The notes under the pieces were generated by a model. It searched no databases. It saw nothing but the letters and a program-made list of their open reading frames with translations, and was not told the DNA's origin. Below are positions 25,430 through 33,243 of a stretch of DNA of 36,639 nt, one piece after another. Source of the stretch: a virus; the IMG/VR virus record IMGVR_UViG_3300021579_000004, positions 1-36,639 of that record; one strand, 5' to 3'. Numbering within the stretch: position 1 is the first letter of the stretch; every line of letters begins with the position of its first letter. A program made the translations under genes and the position numbers.

Positions 25430-27738
25430 TATTCAGTCACCTCAATCATTCCAGTTGCTCGGCCACTAATCGGGTCGCGTTGCAAAACCCGCTTTTTGGG
25501 TTTATTCATCTCGCCCATTGTGTTCACAATCGATTCGGCTATTTTCCCAAAATGTTCTAGTGCCTGCATGACATTTTGATTCGATTGCTCTTGTCCGGAT
25601 TTTACTTGCTCCACAATTCCGCCAGTGTCCATATTAACGGCAGGCTTTTCGGCGGCTTGAGCATTCATCCCGGCAATCTGCAGCTTGGTTTCAGCATCAA
25701 TCCGGGCTTTCATTTGAGCGCGTTCAGTCTCAGCCTGCTGTTTGAATTGCTCAGCCTGGACTGCGAATTGCTGCTTAATGCGCTCAAGCTCAAGAGCCTG
25801 CTGGCCTCGCAGTTGCTCCAGTTGCTGTGCGTTTTGGAGCTTGATTTGCTCGATTTGCGAGCGCGCGGCCTCGACCTGTTGGCTGTGCTGAAGATCCATC
25901 CGCTTAATCTCAAGAGAGTGATCTACTGGCTGTTGCTGCGCTGGAGGTGGAGGCGGCTGCTTTATTTTGTCGATGGCATCTTCAACTGCGTTGCCCATCT
26001 TGGCGCGGCGGGTGATAGCCAACATGATCTCTTTCATGGCCTCGACAGGCATAGCGCCCATTTGGACCGCAGGCACAAAACCCTGGATTACCTGAGAAAG
26101 CGTCATCAGAACATCTTTCATTCCGGCCATGTCGGTCTCAACGGACGCGGCCACCGTGGAATCGGTCTCCACGTCAATCTTGAATGTGCGCTGCTTATCG
26201 CTGCGTAGGATGCCAATGATGTCATCCCAGGAGGGAGGCAATTGAGGCTGTGGAGGCGGCTGCTGGCCCTGCATTTGGGCCATTTGCGCCTGCTGCTGCC
26301 ACTGCATCATTGCCTGCTGATTCTCTTGAGCCGAAGGGAATTTGAGCCCGGTCATCTCCATCAGGGTCTCAGGCTGGAAGCGCTCACCGATGATCTCAGC
26401 CTGCAGTCGCAGCAAGTCACGAATGAAATTAGCGCAGTCCGTTTGCATTCGCTTCAATCGAGCACTTCCCCATTGGCTCTTTATCTGCTGCGCCCCCAGG
26501 GTCTCATTCGGGTTCGTAGAGCCACGAAGAATATCCGAGATACCAGTGATTTCGTAAATGACCTGCTTGGAATTCTCACGCTGAATCTGGAGGATTTGCA
26601 GTACTTTCGCAGCTTGCTCAATAGGCATGAACCAAATAGCCTTTTCAAGCCCGCCGCGCTCCAATAGAGCCGTGACATTACTAGCCGGAATAAGGTCATT
26701 ATCCTCACCTCGCATCAATTCAGACAATTCTGACAGTGTGGAGTCATAAATCCCCCGCATCTTCAGGCCCTTGACCAAGATGTTAATCCGGCGGGTCACA
26801 GAATCCAATTCGTCAGCTTGCTCTTTGTAATACTCGAACAAAGGCGTAGGAATCATCGATCCACTGTCTTCACAGGCATAAAGCGGCCTTGGATTAGGCC
26901 AAAACCCGGACAAATTCAGCGGATCGGGCAAAGTCAGCAGCGGTGACTCTTTATAGCCTGGAGCGATAAAAAGAACTTCTTTATTCTCTTTGTGCCATAT
27001 CTCCCAAACCTCGGCGGTCTTGAAAGCGTCGGCCACTTCGGGGTCCTTTTCGCTCTCAACATCCTGGTCATTGGTTTTATCCAGCGGCACCAAAGACCCC
27101 AATTCACCAAAGCGCTCCTCTAATTCCTCGCGGGTAAGACGATGCCGGAAAGCCTCCCAGGTGATAGCGCCCCAATCATCACCAGCAGACAGGCGTAAGT
27201 CATCCCACTGCACATGCTCAATAACGACCTGCTCCCAAGCGAGCTCTTCGTCTTCGCCCTCCATAGCCTCCTCGGCCATTGGTTCGGACTCTGTGGCCTC
27301 CTGCATTGGCTGAAAGGTCGGGACATAGCGCACACGAGCCAAACCACGGCCAGGCAGCAGCATATCAATGACTGATGCCCGGATATGCGCGTCAAAATCA
27401 GTCGTGTCAGTGGAGTAAACAAGGCACCGAGCCAAGATTTCAGAAACCGCTTTACCAATCGGGTCGGCATCCTGATATCTGCGCCGCACATCAGGCTTGG
27501 GCAGGCTGTTATAAATAGCAGGGCGCATGGTCTCAGTGTTTGACCAGAGGATATTGAAGGAATGGCGCTTGACTTCCTTCTGGCGATACCGGTTCATGAC
27601 CTTTTCGCCCTTTTTGCGCCATTCGGCCTCACGTTTATCGGCGAGTTTCAACTCAAGAAGCCACCGACGAACAATTCCAGCCTTGCCAGGACCTGTATCG
27701 TCTGGTTTTTCTAGCGCTCCTGATTCATAATCCATCAT
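25429..27738 (-). CDS. Portal protein with a long C-terminal Gln-rich helical extension
   Basis: ATGA-coupled to terL. It contains NRYRQKEVKRHSFNILWSNTETMRPAIYNSLPKPDVRRR, a portal-type motif. The last ~250 aa are Gln/Pro runs followed by Q/A/E-rich coiled sequence. Confidence 0.8.
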   Translation of the reverse strand: MMDYESGALEKPDDTGPGKAGIVRRWLLELKLADKREAEWRKKGEKVMNRYRQKEVKRHSFNILWSNTETMRPAIYNSLPKPDVRRRYQDADPIGKAVSEILARCLVYSTDTTDFDAHIRASVIDMLLPGRGLARVRYVPTFQPMQEATESEPMAEEAMEGEDEELAWEQVVIEHVQWDDLRLSAGDDWGAITWEAFRHRLTREELEERFGELGSLVPLDKTNDQDVESEKDPEVADAFKTAEVWEIWHKENKEVLFIAPGYKESPLLTLPDPLNLSGFWPNPRPLYACEDSGSMIPTPLFEYYKEQADELDSVTRRINILVKGLKMRGIYDSTLSELSELMRGEDNDLIPASNVTALLERGGLEKAIWFMPIEQAAKVLQILQIQRENSKQVIYEITGISDILRGSTNPNETLGAQQIKSQWGSARLKRMQTDCANFIRDLLRLQAEIIGERFQPETLMEMTGLKFPSAQENQQAMMQWQQQAQMAQMQGQQPPPQPQLPPSWDDIIGILRSDKQRTFKIDVETDSTVAASVETDMAGMKDVLMTLSQVIQGFVPAVQMGAMPVEAMKEIMLAITRRAKMGNAVEDAIDKIKQPPPPPAQQQPVDHSLEIKRMDLQHSQQVEAARSQIEQIKLQNAQQLEQLRGQQALELERIKQQFAVQAEQFKQQAETERAQMKARIDAETKLQIAGMNAQAAEKPAVNMDTGGIVEQVKSGQEQSNQNVMQALEHFGKIAESIVNTMGEMNKPKKRVLQRDPISGRATGMIEVTE

Positions 27739-29036
27739 TCCTCCCGCCTGCGTCTGCCATTGTCTCTGATTATCTCAGAAATGGTGTGCTGATTTGGGAA
27801 TTTAGGCGGTACTGCGGCCTTTGGCTTCATTTCCTCACGCCAAATCAGACAGGCATATCTAAAGCAATCGCTGTAATGCGAAGTCCAATCATGGCGCGGC
27901 TTGTCTTTAAATGTGCGCTTTTCCTCGTCATATTCGCGCTGATATTGCTTGAGTGCGTCGATTCCCTCTGAGCATTTTGAATCGAAATAGCTTTCAGCCA
28001 GGCTCAAGCGTGCGGCCTGGATGCCATCCACTAGCCCCAATTCAGGCACAATACGCGGCTTCCAGCCAAGTGAACGGAATTGCTCTTCAATGCTTCGCCC
28101 CGTCTGAAGCGACTTAGCCCTAGCATCGTGTGGAAGCCAAAGCCAATCCCCATATGTGTATGGCTTGCTTTTCATCACCTCGTGATAATGCGAAATAGGC
28201 ATGCCATGGGTTGAATAGCAGTCAATCAGGCGTAGCTCTTTGCCAACCTGGAACCACCAAATAGCCGTATCGTCTGACCAACCCAAGTCCAGCACTGCAT
28301 GGGTTTTCAGGCTCGGGTCATATAAATTGGGCTTAACTCGCCCTTCATTCTCAGCCGCCCATAGCTCCTTGCCATAGATAGCGCCAGGCAATGCCGCATC
28401 AAAGTCGCACTCCATTTCCTGCCGCCAAGCGTCCTCGGTGAGCTCCAATCGCAGCGCATCAAGCTCTGAAGCTGGCAATAATCCTGAATCACTAGCCCGG
28501 ATTCGTAGCGCTAACCAGTCATCATTGACTCTGGCATGCTCATATATTTCCCAGAATTGATTGCGGCCCTTTGGAGTTCCGATAATGATTGCCCAGCCCT
28601 GCCTATCAGCCAAAGCAGGACGAATGACATAACCCCATACGCTAGGCTTCCAATCGCCATATTCATCGGCGACTAGCCCGTCAAAATAGAGTCCGCGCAG
28701 CGCATCAGCATTATCAGCACCAAATAATCGGATACTGCATCCATTAGGAAAAGTTACCCGAAGCTCCGATTCATTGATGGCAATGCCTGGAATTGGCGCG
28801 CTGAATCGTTTCACATAATCCCAGGCGACTGCTTTAGCCTGAGAATAAAACGGGGCAACATAAGCGAAGCGCCCATCATTGCCCCTAAATGTAAGCGCCT
28901 CTTTAATCAATTGATTAACACATGCGACCGTTTTCCCTGCGCGTCGATGCGCTACGACCACCGCCCAGCGCTGCTTTCGATTGTGAAGCGGCATGAAAGC
29001 CGCACGAGGCTTGTATGGGATGACAATTTGCTTCAT
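27735..29036 (-). CDS. terL: Terminase large subunit
   Basis: Walker A-like AHRRAGKT, Walker B LVADEYG and coupling motif IIGTPKG. Nuclease motifs are LDLGWSDDTAIWW, LPHDA and HDWTSHYSDCFRY. Confidence 0.9.
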   Translation of the reverse strand: MKQIVIPYKPRAAFMPLHNRKQRWAVVVAHRRAGKTVACVNQLIKEALTFRGNDGRFAYVAPFYSQAKAVAWDYVKRFSAPIPGIAINESELRVTFPNGCSIRLFGADNADALRGLYFDGLVADEYGDWKPSVWGYVIRPALADRQGWAIIIGTPKGRNQFWEIYEHARVNDDWLALRIRASDSGLLPASELDALRLELTEDAWRQEMECDFDAALPGAIYGKELWAAENEGRVKPNLYDPSLKTHAVLDLGWSDDTAIWWFQVGKELRLIDCYSTHGMPISHYHEVMKSKPYTYGDWLWLPHDARAKSLQTGRSIEEQFRSLGWKPRIVPELGLVDGIQAARLSLAESYFDSKCSEGIDALKQYQREYDEEKRTFKDKPRHDWTSHYSDCFRYACLIWREEMKPKAAVPPKFPNQHTISEIIRDNGRRRREE

Positions 29037-29347
29037 TCAACCCATTTGATTGTCATTGCAATGTCCTTGCCATCATCTCCAACATGCTCCTGACGGGCCA
29101 GCTTGGGAGTTGCGTATTCCGCCAACTTGGACATGATATCGAGTGCGCCTTTTGGGTCAGGCTTCAGTTGGTCACCATCGCCATAGGCGACCATTTCCAG
29201 CCATTTAGATACGTTGTCGGCGTTTTCCTCAAGAAGCATATTCACGGTTTCCCGGAATTGCCTAGTCGCCTTATTTAAAGACCCAGGAGGGCGACCAGCC
29301 TTTTTTCCCGAAGAACTGGATTTTTGATTTTCTTTAGCATTTTCCAT
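29033..29347 (-). CDS. terS: Terminase small subunit (putative)
   Basis: ATGA-coupled upstream of terL. It contains GKKAGRPPGSLNKATRQF and ...EYATPKLARQEH, typical of small terminase/DUF5681-like proteins. Confidence 0.6.
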   Translation of the reverse strand: MENAKENQKSSSSGKKAGRPPGSLNKATRQFRETVNMLLEENADNVSKWLEMVAYGDGDQLKPDPKGALDIMSKLAEYATPKLARQEHVGDDGKDIAMTIKWVE

Positions 29348-29374
29348 ATATCCCCGCTGTTAAGCAGAATGAAG

Positions 29375-29411
29375 GTGCAATTATGCTAAATATGCACTTG
29401 ACGTGCAATTA
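29375..29411. promoter_or_regulatory. Repeat cluster upstream of terS (candidate operator, late regulatory or packaging-related site)
   Basis: GTGCAATTA occurs at 29376-29384 and 29403-29411. The palindrome TGCAC-TTGAC-GTGCA lies at 29393-29407, within a 67-nt gap. Confidence 0.3.
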
Positions 29412-29414
29412 CAC

Positions 29415-29630
29415 TTATTTGAGCGTCAAATTCGTACGAATTAAAGCAGCCGCCTGAGCCGCTGTATTAGACTGGGGAATTTGCGTCCAGCCTGCCTTTT
29501 TGCTCGTGGTTCCGTTCATGTTTTGTACAAAAACATCGGTATTTGATCCAGTCGTCAGAAACTGCGTGACGCGAGCATTCAGGCCATCAGATGTGATTTG
29601 AGCCTGCAATTGTGCTTCAGTGAATGCCAT
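29415..29630 (-). CDS. Hypothetical protein (71 aa)
   Basis: GGGGGA RBS. It is the second gene of the - arm. Confidence 0.5.
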   Translation of the reverse strand: MAFTEAQLQAQITSDGLNARVTQFLTTGSNTDVFVQNMNGTTSKKAGWTQIPQSNTAAQAAALIRTNLTLK

Positions 29631-29638
29631 GATTCCCC

Positions 29639-29803
29639 CTATCGTTTACGGAGCAATGCCCCGAGCTTCTTCGGGGCGTCTTTAATTCCCTCGTTGGCCA
29701 TCTTCTGCGCTGTGGCCCGAGGAATCCCTGACTTGCGGGCGATGGCCGGATTGTGCGCTGCGGCCTCGAATAATCGGTGCTGTTTTGCAGTGTACGGCAT
29801 CAT
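29639..29803 (-). CDS. Small basic protein (about 54 aa), DUF3008-like
   Basis: AGGAG RBS before tandem ATGs at 29803 and 29800. The product is MMPYTAKQHRLFEAAAHNPAIARKSGIPRATAQKMANEG. Confidence 0.5.
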   Translation of the reverse strand: MMPYTAKQHRLFEAAAHNPAIARKSGIPRATAQKMANEGIKDAPKKLGALLRKR

Positions 29804-29827
29804 CGCTCCTGAAGTGTGACGCTCCAA

Positions 29828-29954
29828 TTATCCCATAAAGTCGTCATTACGCTAAAAAAACTTGCCTGACTATAGGGTAAACCCCAATTCACACACTTTT
29901 TTTTTCTGGCAGCATGTCGGATTTATGTAAACACAAGGCTATGGAGGGCTGGAA
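29828..29954. promoter_or_regulatory. Divergent control region between the two genome arms
   Basis: This is the only divergent gap in the genome. It contains a T9 run and AT-rich stretches. I could not place clean -35/-10 pairs. Confidence 0.4.
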
Positions 29955-30170
29955 ATGAGTCAGACGAAGATCGGTTCGCTGCTAGAGACGCTGGCGGGCA
30001 TTGCGATTGGTTTTGCGGTGTCGCTTGTCCTGACTGCAGTGGTGATGCCAGCATATGGGCACCAAGTAACAATGGGGGATAACCTGCAGATCACGGGGAT
30101 TTTTACCGTGGCGAGCATCGTGCGCGGGTATTTGGTGCGTCGTGCGTTTGTCGCATGGTGGCGCGGATGA
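29955..30170 (+). CDS. Small membrane protein (2 TM)
   Basis: GGAGGG RBS. SLLETLAGIAIGFAVSLVLTAVVMP...ITGIFTVASIVRGYLVRRAF matches a recurrent phage membrane-protein pattern. Confidence 0.6.
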   Translation: MSQTKIGSLLETLAGIAIGFAVSLVLTAVVMPAYGHQVTMGDNLQITGIFTVASIVRGYLVRRAFVAWWRG

Positions 30171-30424
30171 TCTCTGATGCTAACCAGGCGAAGCCACGCA
30201 AGAAGCGCGGCCCACGGTTCCCGGTTCGCGGCCAGAAGTTGCCACAGTCGAAGCTGACGAATCAGGACATACGGGACATTAAAAGTTCCAAACTGCAGCG
30301 GGAGAAGCTGCTGGAGTACATCCGTGAAAACCTGAGCAATGAAGCCATAGCGGCGCGGTTCGGTGTACACCATCGGACGGTGGAGAAGGTACTTCAGGGC
30401 CAGACCTGGCGGCACATCACCTAG
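30167..30424 (+). CDS. HTH DNA-binding protein (putative regulator)
   Basis: ATGA-coupled. SKLTNQDIRDIK...NEAIAARFGVHHRTVEKVLQGQTWRH is a helix-turn-helix pattern. Confidence 0.55.
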   Translation: MISDANQAKPRKKRGPRFPVRGQKLPQSKLTNQDIRDIKSSKLQREKLLEYIRENLSNEAIAARFGVHHRTVEKVLQGQTWRHIT

Positions 30425-30485
30425 GGAAAGCACCTAGAGAATTTTTTGCCGCGCATGAAAAAACCCCCAATTTTGAGCGCATAAT
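30424..30485 (+). promoter_or_regulatory. Conserved intergenic motif plus candidate sigma70-like promoter (copy B)
   Basis: GGGAAAGCACCTAGAGAATTTTTTG lies directly after the stop codon. It is followed by ATGAAA (30455-30460), 19 nt, then CATAAT (30480-30485). This parallels 2642..2702. Confidence 0.35.
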
Positions 30486-30518
30486 TTTCTCATCGCAACA
30501 CACCAAGGAGATTTAAAA

Positions 30519-30689
30519 ATGTTCACTACAAACCAAATCGTAAAAGCAAAGGTCGGCCACTTCATCGTGCTGGGTTACCGCACAGTGGCTGGCGAGCATC
30601 TGGTGCAGGTGAAGCCCTACAACCCGTCCACTGGCAAGGCTGGACGCGGGGAGATGGCCTTCCCTGAAAGCGCACTGCAAGCAATCTAA
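30519..30689 (+). CDS. Small hypothetical protein (56 aa)
   Basis: AAGGAG RBS 8 nt upstream. MFTTNQIVKAKVGHFIVLGYRTVAGEHLVQVKPYNP... looks like an SH3-like beta pattern. Confidence 0.55.
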   Translation: MFTTNQIVKAKVGHFIVLGYRTVAGEHLVQVKPYNPSTGKAGRGEMAFPESALQAI

Positions 30690-30722
30690 ACCAAGGGGGC
30701 CCGGAGAAATCCGGGCATTAGT

Positions 30723-30914
30723 ATGAGTCTTCAAGAGCACATTGATTACTTACAAACAGTTGGGCGCACTGGGTCAGAAGCTATTGCCCACCTAAATGCA
30801 TTGGTAAAAGCACTAGACCGAGCATTTATTTCATCTTGGCAATCCACTGCTGCATGGCAAATGGAATTAGACCAAGCAAGGGAATGGCTGGAAAGCATCA
30901 AGGAAATAAAATGA
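30723..30914 (+). CDS. Hypothetical protein (63 aa)
   Basis: ORF in the operon with ATGA coupling to the next gene. Confidence 0.45.
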   Translation: MSLQEHIDYLQTVGRTGSEAIAHLNALVKALDRAFISSWQSTAAWQMELDQAREWLESIKEIK

Positions 30915-31180
30915 CAAAAGACCAATTTCTGCACTTAATCGAGCGCCATCGCCACGCGGCAACAGGTAATGAGCTTTTCTATTTCCGTGACCTAATCCGA
31001 ATTGAGCTGGATCGGATTTATGATGCGCCGCGAGAATGGGTAGAGGCCGAGCCACACACAAAAGGGATGCGATTGCGCGATGTTCTGTCCGACAAAGCAA
31101 CGCGAGGCACCGTTATTTTTCACACCGATAAGCCATTCACTAAAAACCCAGTCTGGGAAGTGATTGGGGATTGTGATTAA
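30911..31180 (+). CDS. Hypothetical protein (89 aa)
   Basis: ATGA-coupled start at 30911. The longer track ORF from 30836 overlaps the upstream gene. Confidence 0.5.
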   Translation: MTKDQFLHLIERHRHAATGNELFYFRDLIRIELDRIYDAPREWVEAEPHTKGMRLRDVLSDKATRGTVIFHTDKPFTKNPVWEVIGDCD

Positions 31181-31194
31181 CCAAGGAGATTCAA

Positions 31195-31386
31195 ATGACA
31201 TATTGGAACAGCAGCTACACTGGCCGAGCACCGCGCACGATGGCGGAGGCGTTCGGGCCTTATGAGAGTGGCCCGGTTCTGGATCAAGCGCGGGAGATGG
31301 ACTGGCAGGACGTTGTTGTCCTGGCTGGGTCGGTTGCGGCTGCCGCTGTGATGGTGGTTATGGGTCTAGTGGGGTGGTTGAAATGA
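31195..31386 (+). CDS. Small protein with a C-terminal TM
   Basis: AAGGAG RBS. The C-terminus is VVVLAGSVAAAAVMVVMGLVGWL. Confidence 0.5.
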   Translation: MTYWNSSYTGRAPRTMAEAFGPYESGPVLDQAREMDWQDVVVLAGSVAAAAVMVVMGLVGWLK

Positions 31387-31655
31387 ATCAACAAGACCTG
31401 GCTGAACTGACGAAAAAATGGCAACTGGAAACGAGCTGCTTGAATGCAAGTGTCGATGAGGCTTTGAAACTTTCCCAAGACCATGCCTACGCACTCGGCC
31501 TGAAGCGCGGGCGGGCAGATTGTTTGAAGTTTGTGAATTTATTGATTGAATGCCATCGATTTGGAAGTGGAATCGCAAAAGACTATTTACCTTCAGATTT
31601 ACTCGAAAAAGTTCGTTTTGCTATCGCCAAATTCCAAGGAGAAAACCATGAGTAA
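31383..31655 (+). CDS. Hypothetical protein (90 aa)
   Basis: ATGA-coupled start. Confidence 0.5.
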   Translation: MNQQDLAELTKKWQLETSCLNASVDEALKLSQDHAYALGLKRGRADCLKFVNLLIECHRFGSGIAKDYLPSDLLEKVRFAIAKFQGENHE

Positions 31656-31953
31656 GCACACGCCGGGGCCGTGGGGTACCCCATATTTTGAGCAGGAAGA
31701 GGGGTATGGAAATTGGTGGATTCACAATGGAAAAATAGGATTTGAAGAATATGCTGTTGCCTGCACGTTTTCTTTGAATCCAAAGGCAGAAGCAGGCGCC
31801 CGCCTTATCGCCATGTCCCCGGAAATGTTTGAGGTGCTGCAAGCCATTGCAGGCGAAGGCATGTCTATGTACGGTTCTCCTACAGACATGCTGGAAAAGT
31901 TTCAGGATATGGCGCGTACTGTTGTGGCTAAAGTAACTGGAGATGCAAAATGA
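31648..31953 (+). CDS. HTPGPW-motif protein, paralog 1
   Basis: AAGGAG RBS. It carries MSKHTPGPW...ARLIAMSPEMFEVLQA...VVAKVTGDA. Confidence 0.6.
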   Translation: MSKHTPGPWGTPYFEQEEGYGNWWIHNGKIGFEEYAVACTFSLNPKAEAGARLIAMSPEMFEVLQAIAGEGMSMYGSPTDMLEKFQDMARTVVAKVTGDAK

Positions 31954-32240
31954 CTAAACATACGCCGGGACCGTGGGAATGGGATGGAAATCCAGCGGCT
32001 TATGATGCAGAAAATGAAGCTCCATGGCTTATGACGCATCCTTGGAAAAATGGAAAACCAATACTATTCGGACGCATAAAATGTGTTTTAGAAGCAGACG
32101 CCCGCCTAATCGCAGTTGCGCCTGAGATGTTTGAGGCGCTGAAGGCATTCCCGGGATTCACCAATGACGCAGCGATTGGAGATTTATGGATTGAAATGGT
32201 CCAGGACATCATCGCCAAAGTAACCGGAGAGGCAGCATGA
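31950..32240 (+). CDS. HTPGPW-motif protein, paralog 2
   Basis: It carries MTKHTPGPW...ARLIAVAPEMFEALKA...IIAKVTGEA, the same N- and C-terminal motifs as the upstream gene. Confidence 0.6.
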   Translation: MTKHTPGPWEWDGNPAAYDAENEAPWLMTHPWKNGKPILFGRIKCVLEADARLIAVAPEMFEALKAFPGFTNDAAIGDLWIEMVQDIIAKVTGEAA

Positions 32241-32800
32241 AAACCACGCTTAACAAAATTAGGGGACACGGCCCATGTATTAGTGGCTGGGCGAAACTTC
32301 TCAAGAACTTAGGGAAAGCACAAGCTGACGATGAACCGTTGGCTATAACTACCATCCTGGAAAGTAATGGATTAGATGACGCGCTGTGGTGCCTTCGGGC
32401 TGTTGATGGATATCAGCGCGAAATGCGGATGTTTGCAGTTGCGTGCGCTCGAAGCGTGCAGCACTTGATGAAAGATAAACGCAGCATTGATGCCATAGAT
32501 GTCTCTGAACGGCATGCTAATGGATTAGCTATGGATAATGAATTGGCAGACGCAAGTTCCGCCGCATGGGCAGCCGCATGGTCCGCCGAAAGGGACGCCG
32601 AAAGGGACGCCGCATGGGCAGCCGAAAGGTCCGCCACATGGTCCGCCACATGGTCCGCCGCAAGGGACGCCGCATGGGCAGCCGCATGGTCCGCCATATG
32701 GGCCGCCGAAAGGGACGCCGCATGGGCAGCCGAACGTGAAATCTATGCCACTTATCTCTGCATAATCTGCGCGGAGATTGAACAAGGGGAGGCAGAATGA
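32237..32800 (+). CDS. Imm5-like / AAW-AERD repeat protein
   Basis: The N-terminal DDALWCLRAV...MFAVACARSV is followed by 15 tetrapeptide repeats (AAWA, AAWS, AERD ...). It resembles proteins annotated as putative immunity proteins. Confidence 0.55.
   Translation: MKTTLNKIRGHGPCISGWAKLLKNLGKAQADDEPLAITTILESNGLDDALWCLRAVDGYQREMRMFAVACARSVQHLMKDKRSIDAIDVSERHANGLAMDNELADASSAAWAAAWSAERDAERDAAWAAERSATWSATWSAARDAAWAAAWSAIWAAERDAAWAAEREIYATYLCIICAEIEQGEAE
32561..32740 (+). repeat. 15 tandem copies of a 12-nt unit (consensus gccgcatgggca / gccgaaagggac), in frame
   Basis: The copies were counted directly from the sequence. The region has no stop codons in several frames on both strands, which produces multiple artefactual ORFs. 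Confidence 0.95.
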
Positions 32801-33243
32801 CCACAGACCGCGAACTGCTGGATATGGCGGCTAAGGCTGCGGGCTGGACAGGTTGGCGCAGCAAACATGGCTATTGGAATATAAAGTCTCCAGAAGGCGA
32901 TAAGCAAACATGCTGCACTGGATGGCAACCTTACGACCAATGGTCTGGAGAGAAACTTCCAGAGCCAACATTTGCGGATGCCCTTAGTGAGGTAGGGTGG
33001 ACCCCACTCACCGACTACAGCGATGCGATGGAGCTTGCCGTGCTTTGCGGAATTTCCATCATGCACTACCCAGTTTTCTCTATGCCAAAGCATTCAGTAG
33101 TGGCAACGCATTACAGAGAGATTGACCCGCTTGGTGAAAATAACCCAACTGAGTGCGTCGAGATGTATGGAGAAAAGGCAGTTATGGCAACATGTCGTGC
33201 CGTTGTTCGGGTCGCTGCTGAAATCGGGAGGGCGATGAAATGA
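32797..33243 (+). CDS. DUF2591/NinX-like hypothetical protein
   Basis: TDRELLDMAAKAAGW...GWTPLTDYSDAMELAVLCGISI matches a recurrent phage family pattern. Confidence 0.45.
   Translation: MTTDRELLDMAAKAAGWTGWRSKHGYWNIKSPEGDKQTCCTGWQPYDQWSGEKLPEPTFADALSEVGWTPLTDYSDAMELAVLCGISIMHYPVFSMPKHSVVATHYREIDPLGENNPTECVEMYGEKAVMATCRAVVRVAAEIGRAMK

Noticed and set aside
7653-26208. Many long + strand ORFs inside the late arm (for example 7653..8417, 11054..11620, 12021..12626, 14248..14823, 17665..18333, 20762..21421, 23537..24052, 24373..24918, 25576..26208)
   Set aside because: These are shadow ORFs antisense to strongly supported structural genes in GC-rich sequence. Their translations are Arg/Ser/Ala-rich and low in complexity, and they lack RBS or operon context.
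29905-29925. Sigma54-type promoter suggested by TGGCA in the divergent region
   Set aside because: The downstream -12 element (TTGC at the required spacing) is absent.
32561-32740. CRISPR-like appearance of regularly spaced short repeats
   Set aside because: The units are contiguous 12-mers with no spacers, they lie in frame inside a CDS, and no cas genes are present.
32413-32864. Four overlapping ORFs (three on the - strand, one on the + strand) with PHG/PFGG/RRP repeat translations
   Set aside because: They are artefacts of the stop-free 12-nt tandem repeat. Only the frame continuous with the non-repetitive N- and C-terminal parts (32237..32800) is credible.
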